DNA from: Macrostomum lignano
Taxonomy: Eukaryota
Length of the DNA: 64,000 nucleotides
NCBI GenBank assembly: GCA_002269645.1
Contig: NIVC01002302.1
Location: forward strand, 26,980-90,979
Reading direction: 5' to 3'
Program-made: the position numbers and the translations under genes
The notes under the pieces: model-generated
What the model was told of the DNA's origin: nothing
Database searches by the model: none
What the model saw: only the letters and a program-made list of their open reading frames with translations
In this document: positions 35,821 through 47,900 of the stretch, in pieces
How the letters are laid out: every line of letters starts with the position of its first letter
Numbering within the stretch: position 1 is the stretch's first letter

Positions 35821-36878
35821 CAGGCTGTTTTGCCGATTCCTGATGCCTGCATTTTTTACCTTTTTGACAACTATGCAACTGTCTCTTGTTGTGCTTTACG
35901 AGCTAATGCTATTCAAAACTATTTTGCCTGTCTAAAATGCGTCTAAAACGTTTCCTAATTTGCTACTTTCAGTAGTATGTACTAGTACTCGTAGCTTAAT
36001 ATTATCTGAAATGTGAAAAATAAAATTTTGGGAAGTTGTTAAAATCCGAACCATTTTCCGGTTGTAAATTATTATAGAAAAATCCCAGCTGAAATTGACT
36101 GCTTCTTCTATTAAATAATTTCGACAATTTTGTGTACCGGGGGAATCTTCTGAAATAAAATGTTGTTGCAAGCAGCTCACATATGCTCACGTCAGTCAAT
36201 GAAATGCTGGTGGTCATGGCTGACTGTACAGTTTTGGATACAAGCGAGAGAGAAGTGTGCGGCTCCAGTGAGTGTTCCCGCATAGCCAGCCAGCTCTGCA
36301 CTTGTAGATTCAGCTGGTCTAGCGGCCATCGATCGCACAGCTATTATACTCTAGGGGAAGGCACAATAGACTTCAGAGGCGAATGTCCACTGGCTCTGCT
36401 ACAAGTCTCTGAAGTAGTCGGAATCTGCACACTTAAACTGGAGTCGGCTTGAAACTGTTTTGCATTACGAATAACCGGATTGCAATCCTGCACTTTCGAC
36501 TATAAATCTGCTTTTTTTGTGAGTATGATGGAAATGGTGCTTGATTTAATAATAGTACGAGCGTAGATTAATATAATAACCGACAGCTCAGCCGCAGCTA
36601 TTGCGAGGCGCATCTGAAGGCTGCGTACGGCTGTTCAGTCCAAGGACTGGGGGGTCTCCACACACAGCCTCAATTACCCCAGCTAATGCTGGCACCAATT
36701 TTACAGCTTTTACTGCAATGCAGATTTAAGTGTCTTGCTCAAGGACACAAATTGTTCCCGAGTTGGGTCGAGAATAAATCAATGATTCAGCAGATATGGA
36801 TGCCAGCCACTTTACGAGCGTAAACTAATCAAAGTTAATAATTCCTCATTCTCCAGGTAGATGCCACATTGACTAATT

Positions 36879-37853
36879 ATGCTGCTCTCCTGGCTGCTGA
36901 ACCGTTCGCTGGTGGTGGTGCTGCCTCTGATGCTGCTGCTTGACTCTTCAGCCGCCAAGGTCAGCCAAACTGGAGGCTGCTTGGTCGGCGCCGGCGCTCT
37001 CGACTTGAAAGCTGCCGACGTGTGCGATGGCCGGCGCAGCATCGTGTTCACCGTGGCCCGCCCGCTGGTCACCTTCGACGACTGGCTGCCGGCAACTGCC
37101 TGCAATTTGTCCATCCTCGTCCCGGCGCCTGCCGTCGTCGGGCTGTTCGGCCGGCTTCGCTACCTGGCCATCCGCCTGTTCCGCCCGTCGACGCACCAAC
37201 TGGATGAGATCAGGCGGCGGCGCAATCTCTGCCTGGAGACGGCGTTCAGCATCCGATTGGCGCCCCCCGCGGAGGCGGAGGAGACCGCGTCGGAGGGCGA
37301 CTCGACGCAGGAGCCGCCGGCGCCGCTGCGGCAACGCCGCGGCTGCCTGGCGCCGGGAGCTGCTGAAGGCGTGTGGCTGTTTGAAGAGCTGCCGCCGATC
37401 GCTGAGGACGCCAACGCCACGGCCCCCTCCGGGCTGCTGGTGCACCTCACCTGGCGTCTCGCTCACCAGCCGGGCGCCACAGTCGCCGACGAGAGCGCGA
37501 CAAAGTCGGCGCCGCCGCCGCCGATTCGGCTGGCATTCAGCGTGGCGCCGTTTTTCAACTGCACCGGGGCGCCGGACGGAGACAACTTCGTGCACTGCCA
37601 GGACACCGCGAGCACCGGCGGCAGCCTCTGCGTGCCGAAGCGGCTGGCCTGCTGCAGCCCGGTGGTGAACTACCTGGAGTGCCCGAAGCGGGCCCTGTTC
37701 CAGACCTCCGTGCTGGACTGCGCCTTCTACAATCACGACATCGGCTTCTACTTCTTCCTAGTGGTCGCCGGCACCGTCGTTGTGGCCGTCATTATGACCT
37801 TCTTGATTGTCAGGCCCATTGTGGCTTCGGTTCGGAATCGGAAGTCTGCCTGA
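36879..37853 (+). CDS. Intronless type-I membrane protein, 324 aa, unknown function
   Basis: N-terminal hydrophobic signal peptide, Cys-rich juxtamembrane segment resembling a degenerate LDL-A repeat, single TM (IGFYFFLVVAGTVVVAVIMTFLIV), short basic tail; strong GC3 bias. Confidence 0.75.
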   Translation: MLLSWLLNRSLVVVLPLMLLLDSSAAKVSQTGGCLVGAGALDLKAADVCDGRRSIVFTVARPLVTFDDWLPATACNLSILVPAPAVVGLFGRLRYLAIRLFRPSTHQLDEIRRRRNLCLETAFSIRLAPPAEAEETASEGDSTQEPPAPLRQRRGCLAPGAAEGVWLFEELPPIAEDANATAPSGLLVHLTWRLAHQPGATVADESATKSAPPPPIRLAFSVAPFFNCTGAPDGDNFVHCQDTASTGGSLCVPKRLACCSPVVNYLECPKRALFQTSVLDCAFYNHDIGFYFFLVVAGTVVVAVIMTFLIVRPIVASVRNRKSA

Positions 37854-37947
37854 TGCCGCCTATGGTTTCTCGTGACAGTTGAATTCGCAGCACCTGCAGA
37901 GCATTTGGCCAGGACTGCGGATGTTAGGAGGACTTTAGCGGGGCAGA

Positions 37948-38260
37948 GCAGCTCAGGCAGTTAACGCATGCGGCTCAAAGTACCCTGGTTCGATTCAGTG
38001 CGCTGCGACATTCATTTGCTGGTCTGTGCGCGAAAATGTGTCCTAGTTGGGGTTGTCGGGCGATTCACACTCATGAGGACCAACCCCCAGGGCACACAGA
38101 GTGTACATGCTTGATGAATAGAAAGTCAGGGCTGCTGTACACCCTGTGTGAGCGCGTGTATGAGTGCTGTGCCCGCGTACAGTATCCGTGCGTTGTGCTA
38201 GGAATGCCCGCAGCCCTCCCCAGTAATATTTATTTACATAATAGGACGGACGGAAAGGCA
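37948..38260 (+). mobile_element. tRNA-derived SINE copy
   Basis: B box GGTTCGATTC at 37987-37996 and a body homologous to 17050-17392. Confidence 0.6.
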
Positions 38261-38944
38261 GGTTGACATTACCGCTAGTAGCTCTGTGAGTAAAATATTG
38301 CCCTAATCAGTTTTTAATTTGTTTTACACCGATTTCAGAGCTGGCAATCTCGCTCTCAACACGGATTTGTTAAATAGGATTATTTCAGTGACTACTCATT
38401 AGTATTTAGTAGTCCCTGGATTATTTTTTGCAGAATGCAGTGCATTGGATGGGGCTTTACCAGATACTTTCTCAGGTATGCACTCACACAGGGTGTGTAT
38501 GAGAACTACTAAAGTAGAAGGGGGGAACTTTATATCTTGGAAAAAATTTAGGAGGCAGTTTTTACCGAAAAAAACATTACGGAGAATAGAGGGCTTCATT
38601 TTTTCGGCACAAAAAGCTCTACGAATATCTATAGAGCATAGAAAAGGCAAGTCATATCAAAAGATGAACATTGGGTCTGCCTCCTATCAAAAGCAATAAC
38701 AATTTTTGTGCTGAAAAATGTAAACCCGTCTCCGTAGTGAATTTTTCGGTAAAACCTGCCTCCTATTTTTTTTCAAAGAATCATAGCTTCATGTCCTACC
38801 TGAGTAGTCTTTGAGTGTATAACGGCCCCGACCTTCGTTTTGTCATAGCATGCACGTACTCTGTGCCTTGGGGGTCGGCCTTCATGGGTCCGAATCGCAG
38901 TTTTTCTTTCCTTTCTCCTTTCAGTCGTGCGTCCGACGCTCTCA

Positions 38945-39320
38945 CTAGGCTCCAACCCCATCGGCTCCGACCCCCTCGGCTCCAACCCCCTCGGCTCCAA
39001 CCCCCTCGGCTCCAACCCCCTCGGCTCCAACCCCCTCGGCTCCAACCCCCTCGGCTCCAACCCCCTCGGCTCCGACCCCCCTCGGCTCCAACCCCCTCGG
39101 CTCCAACCCCCTCGGCTCCAACCCCCTCGGCTCCAGCCCCATCGGCTCCAACCCCCTCGGCTCCAACCCCCTCGGCTCCGACCCCCCTCGGCTCCAACCC
39201 CCCTCGGCTCCAACCCCCCTCGGCAGTTTGGGTCTGCCTGTTGGAACCCTGTTGGAACCCTTTCGGCTCCAACCCCCTCGGCTCCAATCCCCTCGGCTCC
39301 AACCCCCCGGCTCCAACTCC
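38945..39320. repeat. 15-nt C-rich minisatellite CCCCCTCGGCTCCAA
   Basis: About 22 copies. Confidence 0.92.
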
Positions 39321-40312
39321 CTCAGTCTATAGACCATACAATCTATATATTACAAAAATACATGTATATATTTTGTTGTCGCAATTAAGTTATTATAAAT
39401 AAATACATGTGGCAAAGTAAGCCTCTATTGAGTTAATTGCTATTTTCAACAGTCTTATTGGAATAGCGGTGAATTTTGGTAAAATATGGCAACATAAATA
39501 CCCTTTGTTTGGCTATGTTTAAGCGTGCCACTTTTGGGTGACGTTTACTGTAGTTAATACAGTATACAGTAATACAGTACATGGCAGCGCCCCGTTTGCG
39601 CTCTACCCCTTGCTTTGTTCACTTCGCGCCTCTTGTATACTTTCTCTCTCCCTCTTCCACTCTCTTCCTCTTCCACCTCCCTCCTTCTCCGTCTCTCTGC
39701 CCCGTGTGCACCCACCTCCCTCCCTCTCCGTCTCTGCCCCGTGCGCACCCACCTCCCCCCTCTCCGTCTCTCTGCCCGTGCGCACCCACCTCCCTCCCTC
39801 TCTGTCTCTCTGCCCTTTGCGCACTCACCCCGTGGTCTGGTTTTAAAACCTCGCGTTGACTTGGCTCGCCTTGTCTGTTTGCGCAGTGCAGTAGTGCAAT
39901 TGGTCGCTTTTTATTTGCTTGCGCACTTCACTCCACCATGTCGGTACTGCGTCTGCTTTCTTTCGTGCTCGGACCGTAAAATTTAATTCATAGAAATTCA
40001 AAAATTACTCTTAACACATAAATAATGTTTATTTACATATTTGAACATTTCGCGGTCAATTTAATAGCCTTATGTATACTAGAAATGCTCGTGTTTATTT
40101 ATAAAACTACGAGCGTAATTTTAGATGCTAAAATTAGCATATAGCATCAGTACAAACCGAGTGGCAGCCATTTTCTCCACTTGCAGTCTCTATGGGCCTA
40201 AACCAAATTTATAGCAATCATTGCTCTAATAAAAAGGCTGCAATGCCAAGAGTACCGAACGAATTTGAACTCGCATTAACCAGCAATATGGCGCTGTCGC
40301 ATTGCTTCATTC

Positions 40313-42365
40313 GTGCCAATCCAGAGCAGGTGTGCAGCAGATGTCACTGCTGACTGTGGCAGCCTCCGATGCCGCTTGCTGCGATACCGCGGCATGACGG
40401 CTTCGCGACTCCGGCAGAGGCGACTTCGCTACCATCAACAGCATCGGCACTGGCGGCGAGGCGGCGACCTTCTTGGGGTTGTCAACTGTGGAGCGAAGCG
40501 GCTTCGGCTTGGAGCTGCGCGCGTCCGTTGCCTTCGCAGCAACGTGCGGCGAAAAATTTGCAGCCCGTCAGCGCCGCCGCCGCCGCCACAGCCGCCAGCC
40601 CACCGCGCGCCTCGGCTGCTGGTCCGTCGGGCGTCGCCAATCGACTGGTCGGAGCCTCCGCTGCCGCCGCTGCCGCCTCAGCGCAAGCCTGCGCTGGCAT
40701 TTCCCGCAGTTGCTAAGTGGGAGATTTTCCTGGCTTCGCGCACCACTCGGACTCAGGATTGGTCTGACGGCCCGCGTTGCTATGGCAACGGTATCGATTT
40801 CTCTCCGCAAAATGTTCAAATTCATCAGAGAAGACAGCCGTGCCGAAGCGCGCCGGTCATTGTGGCCGCTGATTGGGGCGCGGACCCTTGTGCCGAGACA
40901 GCCTGGACAAGGAGGCTGCGGCCGCTGCCGCCCATGCCTGAGGCGCATTTGCCGCTCACCTGCCAGATCGTGAGCTATTTATGGGCTATCTATATAACTA
41001 GATAAATTTCCAGATTGTCTGATTGGCCTCAAGCTTTCCATCGACCTCAGTTGGTAATCCGACTCATTCCCGAGCCGGCCCCACCTGATGAGCATCAGAC
41101 AGATGCAATCCAACCATTTCCCCCATCTGAACCAGGTGCCAGAGCGGCCTCCCAGCCACTGCGGCAGCACAGACTGGGAGCTCGCCCTGTCTCCCAGCTT
41201 CGCTCCTATCGGCCCAGTCTCTCGCCAAGTCAAAGGCATCCGCAGCTGCGTGGGCGGCTGCGGCGACATTCGTCGAAGATGCCGACGGTTCAGAAAGCCC
41301 GGTCGGCAGAAGACAGCTCCAGTGGCTGGGGTTGCGGAGCCGGAAGAAGAGCCTACGGCGCAAGTATGCCAGCAATTTAATCAAATTCTCACCTGCTATC
41401 AGCCCTTCAGCCACTTTGGTCAGCTGGTTCTGGTCACTGCATTGCGTCCTGACGACCTCGGTGAGTGCTGGGGCGTTCGTTTTACCGACTTTGCCACTAC
41501 TAATGGCGTCAGTGTCTGCATCAGCTCTGATTTCGTTGGGCACTGGTCTTCACCCAGGTGGAGCTTTTGGACCTTCGACAGGTGGCACCAGGTGAATGTG
41601 GCCTCCCTGTTGCGAGTTTCTCCAGTTTTGCTGATCAAGCCTCGACAGTGGGAAAACCTCAACTGCTGGACATCCTCAGCTAGTCTCTCAAACATCCTCC
41701 CCCGACGCCGTCGGCACCTTCAACAGATGGCACCAGGCGTCTGTCAAGTGTGGCGTCCTAGTCTACTTTAGTTTTGCATGTCGGCCGTGCGATCAGCGGC
41801 TCTCATTATGTCTCTTAGGACAACGACTTCTCTTGACCCCAAGACTGCACCCGTATCCGTGTTGTGCTCAAAAATCTGATGGCAGCGGGTCAACCGTCGA
41901 ACAGAAGCCTGGCCAGCACCTTCTGCCTCTCCGCCAGCTGGCTAAACTAACTCATGGGGTGATGAGTAGCAACGCCGCCCCCTACTCCCCTTTTCAGCAG
42001 ATTCAAGCGCGCCGGTCCAATCTGGCAACTCTGGATCGACGCATGACTCCGCCGTGAGCGTCGGCGACAACGCAGACTCGCAACAATTTGATCCAGTTGC
42101 TGACGACGACTCCGGTGTCAACAACGGAGACTGCGCGGACTGCCGCAGCGAAGAGGGCTTCTTCACCGGGATGCCACCGAGCGATGCTGGCTGCCAGCTG
42201 GTGACATCTAACGGGGAGACAGCCGCTGCCGTTGTCGCTGCCGCCAGCTGGGAGTCGGTAGAGACGCTGAACTGCCGAGAGCTGACGCCGAGCTTCGATA
42301 CACATCCGCGGCGTCGTCGCCGCTGTCGCCTAGGCCTAATACGGTTGATTGGGCGCCACTGCTGA
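40313..42365 (+). other. Probable spliced gene of unknown product; structure unresolved
   Basis: GC-rich island with open frames 40313-41005 (Pro-rich), 41088-41771 and ~42000-42365; candidate donors at 40970 and 41461 and acceptors at 41050 and ~41997-42000. No family recognised. Confidence 0.35.
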
Positions 42366-42529
42366 CCATCGGGGAAAACTTGATAGCTATGTCGCTTCCT
42401 GGGTGTTCTCCGCGAGCTTGAAAATGTTTCTATCTGGTCGACCTGCTCTCTCTGATTGGGGTCCTAGATTTTGAAGATTGGGAGAAAAGAATATGGTAAA
42501 TAGGGGTAGATTCTTTCTAAAGTAAAATA

Positions 42530-43480
42530 CCTCACGCCCTGTCCCTCTCGACTCTCTTCTCTATTTTATTACACCCACTCTATTCCTTTCTTTATTTAAG
42601 CACCCACCTCACGCTCTGTCCCTCTCGTCTCTCTTCTCTATTTTATCACACCCACCCTATTCCTTTCTTTCTTTAAGCACCCACCTCACGCCCTGTCCCT
42701 CTCGTCTCTCTTCTCTATTTTATCACACCCACCCTATTCCTTTCTTTCTTTAAGCACCCACCTCATGCCCTGTCCCTCTCGTCTCTCTTCTCTATTTTAT
42801 CACACCCACCCTATTCCTTTCTTTATTTAAGCACCCACCTCACGCCCTGTCCCTCTCGTCTCTCTTCTCTATTTTATTACACCCACTCTATTCCTTTCTT
42901 TATTTAAGCACCCACCTCACGCTCTGTCCCTCTCGTCTCTCTTCTCTATTTTATCACACCCACCCTATTCCTTTCTTTCTTTAAGCACCCACCTCACGCC
43001 CTGTCCCTCTCGTCTCTCTTCTCTATTTTATCACACCCACCCTATTCCTTTCTTTCTTTAAGCACCCACCTCACGCCCTGTCCCTCTCGTCTCTCTTCTC
43101 TATTTTATCACACCCACCCTATTCCTTTCTTTCTTTAAGCACCCACCTCACGCTCTGTCCCTCTCGTCTCTCTTCTCTATTTTATCACACCCACCCTATT
43201 CCTTTCTTTCTTTAAGCACCCACCTCACGCCCTGTCCCTCTCGTCTCTCTTCTCTATTTTATCACACCCACCCTATTCCTTTCTTTCTTTAAGCACCCAC
43301 CTCACGCTCTGTCCCTCTCGTCTCTCTTCTCTATTTTATTACACCCACCCTATTCCTTTCTTTCTTTAAGCACCCACCTCACGCCCCGTCCCTCTCGTCT
43401 CTCTTCTCTATTTTTATCACACCCACCCCATTTCTTTCTTACTCTAGGCACCCACCTCACTCCCTGTCCCTTGCGTCTCC
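42530..43480. repeat. 77-nt pyrimidine-rich tandem repeat
   Basis: About 12 copies of CACCCACCTCACGCCCTGTCCCTCTCGTCTCTCTTCTCTATTTTATCACACCC... Confidence 0.92.
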
Positions 43481-44939
43481 CCTTAACTATCACAGCCACA
43501 CACTTTATCTTTCTCACCCACTTTCCGCAATTAAGTGTGATTTAAAAACAATTTCCCTGGTGCATTGACTGCAGCCAATCAGAGCAGTTCCGACCCATGT
43601 CGTCTCCGGCGCTTTTTCCCCTGTGAGTCAACTGTGTGGGCACATTCAACCGTTAAATGTGTGACAACGTAGCCTCGGCCTAATATCCCTCTGTCTCCTT
43701 CTCTATTTTATCACAACCCTATTCCTTTCTTTTTAAGCAATTATTCGAATCACAAAATATTCCTTTCTTTCTTTAAGCACCCACCTCAATGTCCATCTCG
43801 TCTCTCTTCTCTATTTTATCACAACCCTATTCCTTTCTTTCTTTAAGCATACGCCCTGTTCTGTCTTTTCTGCTATTTTAACAATATTTTTCTCTTTGCA
43901 TCATTTCTTCTTAGAGAAACATTCTCGATTTAGCACCCACCTGCTGATGTCGTCTCTAAATTATCATTTACCCACATATTCGTGTTCTTAGTCTTAACAC
44001 CCATCAGTGGCTACAGTCTCTTAACTTCACAGCCACACACTTTATTTTCACCCAATTTCCGCAATTAGTGTGATTTCAATTCCCTGGTGCATTGACTGGC
44101 CTCAGAGCATTCCGACCCACTGTCGTCTCCGGCGCACCCCTGTGAGTCAACTGTGTGGGCACATTCAACCGTTAAATGTGTGACAACGTAGCCTCGGCCT
44201 AATATTACCTCACTGGCTGGCCAACTGTGTACTACAGGAAGTCTAAGCGACATCACTGCTGCCCTCACTGCACTGCCCACATTGCTTCCCACACTGCTTC
44301 CCACACTGCTTCCCATACTGCTTCCCATACTGCTTCTTCTTCTTCTTCGGGTCGCGGTCATTCTGGCTAGCCAATAGGACGGGTGTCTAGCACCATGCAG
44401 CCAAAGCGCTGACTCCGTGCGGGCGGACAGTAGACGGTGGAGTCCAATTTGCGGCCTGCAGAGAGTGGCCAGAAAGCGAGGCCCGGGTCGGCGGCGTGAC
44501 AGCTCCCCCAGACTGTATACCCGGATGTGAGACCAATTCGTCACTCGATGCATGACGCACGGCTCCGCCACATGACGCTCCTGTCCAGGGGTGTCAGGAC
44601 GCGGTTTCGGAAGTCTACGACTCACTGCTGTCACTGCACTGCCGTCACTGCTGCCCACACTGCTTCCCACACCTCCCAACCCCCCAGCCCACACTCCAGC
44701 CCACACCCCAGCCCACACTCAAGCCCACACCTTAGCCCACATTCCATACCCCACACCCAAGCCAACACTCCAGCCCACACCTCAGCCCACACTCCAGTCC
44801 ACACCTTAGCCCACACCCCAACCAACACTCCAGCCCACACCTCAGCCCACACTCAAGCCCACACTCCAGCACACATCCCAACCCACACCCTAACCCACAC
44901 CCCACACCACACCCCACACCCCACACCCTGACCACCGAC

Positions 44940-47900
44940 CTTCCCGCCAAACACCAGCAGCACGGTGGTGGCTGAGCAGATGTTGATGCAGCAGGTCAGC
45001 AGCACGAGTCGCAGGTCCACCGAGCCGATGGGCAGCGCAAACTCCAGCACCACGCCGATCAGCCCCATCACGGTGGTGTTGTACACGCAGATTCCGATCA
45101 CCTTCGAGTCGTTCAGCGCTTCCACGTGAATTGTGCGAGTCTCCCAGGCAAAGAAGATTCCGAACAGAAGGAACACCGCCTTCATGCCGATGATGAGGCC
45201 CTTCCACAGCACCTCGCTGCTGGACTGACACACGACCAGCTTGTGCAGAACCACAGCTCCGTCAGAGATCATGTCCTGCATTGGCATGGCACTGCATGTC
45301 AGTGGAATGTCAGTGCAATGTCAGACTGCATCACACTGCACACCCTGTCACCTGCTCAGACAGTCTCTTGTGAATGCAGAGTACAGAATCACACTGCACA
45401 CCCTGTCATCTGCTCAGACAGTCTCTTGTGAATGCAGAGTACAGAATCACAGCACACCCTGTCACCTGCTCAGACAGTCTCTTGTGAATGCAGAGTACAG
45501 AATCACTGCACACCCTGTTACCTGCTCAGACAGTCTCTTGTGAATGCAGAGTACAGAATCACTGCACACCCTGTTACCTGCTCAGACAGTCTCTTGTGAA
45601 TGCAGAGTACAGAATCACAGCACACCCTGTTACCTGCTCAGACAGTCTCCTGTGAATGCAGAGTACAGAATCATTGCACAAACTGTCACCTGCTCAGACA
45701 GTCTCTTGTGAATGCAGAGTACAGAATCACTGCACACCCTGTTACCTGCTCAGACAGTCTCTTGTGAATGCAGAGTACAGAATCACTACACACCCTGTTA
45801 CCTGCTCAGACAGTCTCTTGTGAATGCAGAGTACAGAATCACTGCACACCCTGTTACCTGCTCAGACAGTCTCTTGTGAATGTAGAGTACAGAATCACTG
45901 CACACCCTGTTACCTGCTCAGACAGTCTCTTGTGAATGCAGAGTACAGAATCACTGCACACCCTGTTACCTGCTCAGACAGTCTCTTGTGAATGCAGAGT
46001 ACAGAATCACTGCACACCCTGTTACCTGCTCAGACAGTCTCTTGTGAATGCAGAGTACAGAATCACTGCACACCCTGTTACCTGCTCAGACAGTCTCTTG
46101 TGAATGCAGAGTACAGAATCACTGCACACCCTGTCACCTGCTCAGACAGTCTCTTGTGAATGCAGAGTACAGAATCACAGCACACCCTGTTACCTGCTCA
46201 GACAGTCTCTTGTGAATGCAGAGTACAGAATCACTGCACACCCTGTTACCTGCTCAGACAGTCTCTTGTGAATGCAGAGTACAGAATCACTGCACACCCT
46301 GTTACCTGCTCAGACAGTCTCTTGTGAATGCAGAGTACAGAATCACTGCACACCCTGTTACCTGCTCAGACAGTCTCTTGTGAATGCAGAGTACAGAATC
46401 ACTGCACACCCTGTTACCTGCTCAGACAGTCTCTTGTGAATGCAGAGTACAGAATCACTGCACACCCTGTTACCTGCTCAGACAGTCTCTTGTGAATGCA
46501 GAGTACAGAATCACTGCACACCCTGTTACCTGCTCAGACAGTCTCTTGTGAATGCAGAGTACAGAATCACAGCACACCCTGTTACCTGCTCAGACAGTCT
46601 CCTGTGAATGCAGAGTACAGAATCATTGCACACTGTCACCTGCTCAGACAGTCTCTTGTGAATGCAGAGTACAGAATCACTGCACACCCTGTTACCTGCT
46701 CAGACAGTCTCTTGTGAATGCAGAGTACAGAATCACTACACACCCTGTTACCTGCTCAGACAGTCTCTTGTGAATGCAGAGTACAGAATCACTGCACTTC
46801 CTGTTACCTGCTCAGACAGTCTCTTGTGAGTGCAGAGTACAGAATCACACTGCACACCCTGTTACCTGCTCAGACAGTCTCTTGTGAATGCAGAGTACAG
46901 AATCACAGCACACCCTGTTACCTGCTCAGACAGTCTCCTGTGAATGCAGAGTACAGAATCATTGCACAAACTGTCACCTGCTCAGACAGTCTCTTGTGAA
47001 TGCAGAGTACAGAATCACTGCACACCCTGTTACCTGCTCAGACAGTCTCTTGTGAATGCAGAGTACAGAATCACTACACACCCTGTTACCTGCTCAGACA
47101 GTCTCTTGTGAATGCAGAGTACAGAATCACTGCACTTCCTGTTACCTGCTCAGACAGTCTCTTGTGAGTGCAGAGTACAGAATCACACTGCACACCCTGT
47201 TACCTGCTCAGACAGTCTCTTGACAGCCAAGGCTGGTGAATCCAGGAGTCCGAGAGCCAGCAGCAGTCCAGCATCCATCAGCAGAATAGCGGCAATCACC
47301 ATGCAGAGGTGCCAGTCCTTGATGGTCTGAAATCCGGTAATGCGTGACCAGGCTGGCTGGCATTCAGGGGACTGACTATACACGAGCACTGCAGTGCAGA
47401 TGGGGCTCACCGGATGTAGAAGCCACCTTGCGTAACCACAGGTTGGCACAGGAGGCGCCTAGCCCGATGATGGTGTTCACGATGGGGCTGCTGAGCCGGA
47501 TGTAGGGCACCTTGCGGAACCACAGGTTCACCGCCATGGCGGCCAGGGTGAGGCAGGCGCCGCAGGCAGACAGGCCGCCAGAGACCACGGCGCTGACGAG
47601 GCTGGCGTGGACGAGCTTTGAGAGGATTCTCGGAGAGTCGACTGGAGCCGAGCCGCCTGCGGGACGGGGTGGGAGATGCGCTGATGGGGCTCGGGAGACT
47701 GGGCTGATGGTGCTCGGGAGACTGGGCTGATAGGGGCTCGGGAGACTGGTCTATGAAGTGAGCTAAGATCTCAAGCAGTCGAGTCGCCTACCTGCAAACC
47801 ACGGTGATTTGATCCATCGAGTGTCCCCTGTCAGCGGGTCGTACGTAGCAACCAAATCTCTCTTCAAAGCTGGAGAAGAGAAAAGATGCTCCACTTAACC

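Noticed and set aside
36640-36760. CORE-SINE-like motif AAGTGTCTTGCTCAAGGACAC
   Set aside because: A short isolated match without a recognisable head; insufficient to annotate.
40700-41700. TBC/Rab-GAP-like snippets (ARRSLWPLIG; FDRW...LLRVSPVLL)
   Set aside because: Scattered across frames, catalytic motifs not found; too weak to call.
43480-44210. Indel-riddled direct duplication (43490-43690 vs 44025-44205) and decayed repeat units
   Set aside because: Dense single-base indels look like a low-coverage long-read junction rather than biology.
44340-44640. Possible terminal exon of GPCR paralog A
   Set aside because: No phase-0 acceptor gives a sequence resembling the paralog B last exon (VLTILKD...); left unassigned.
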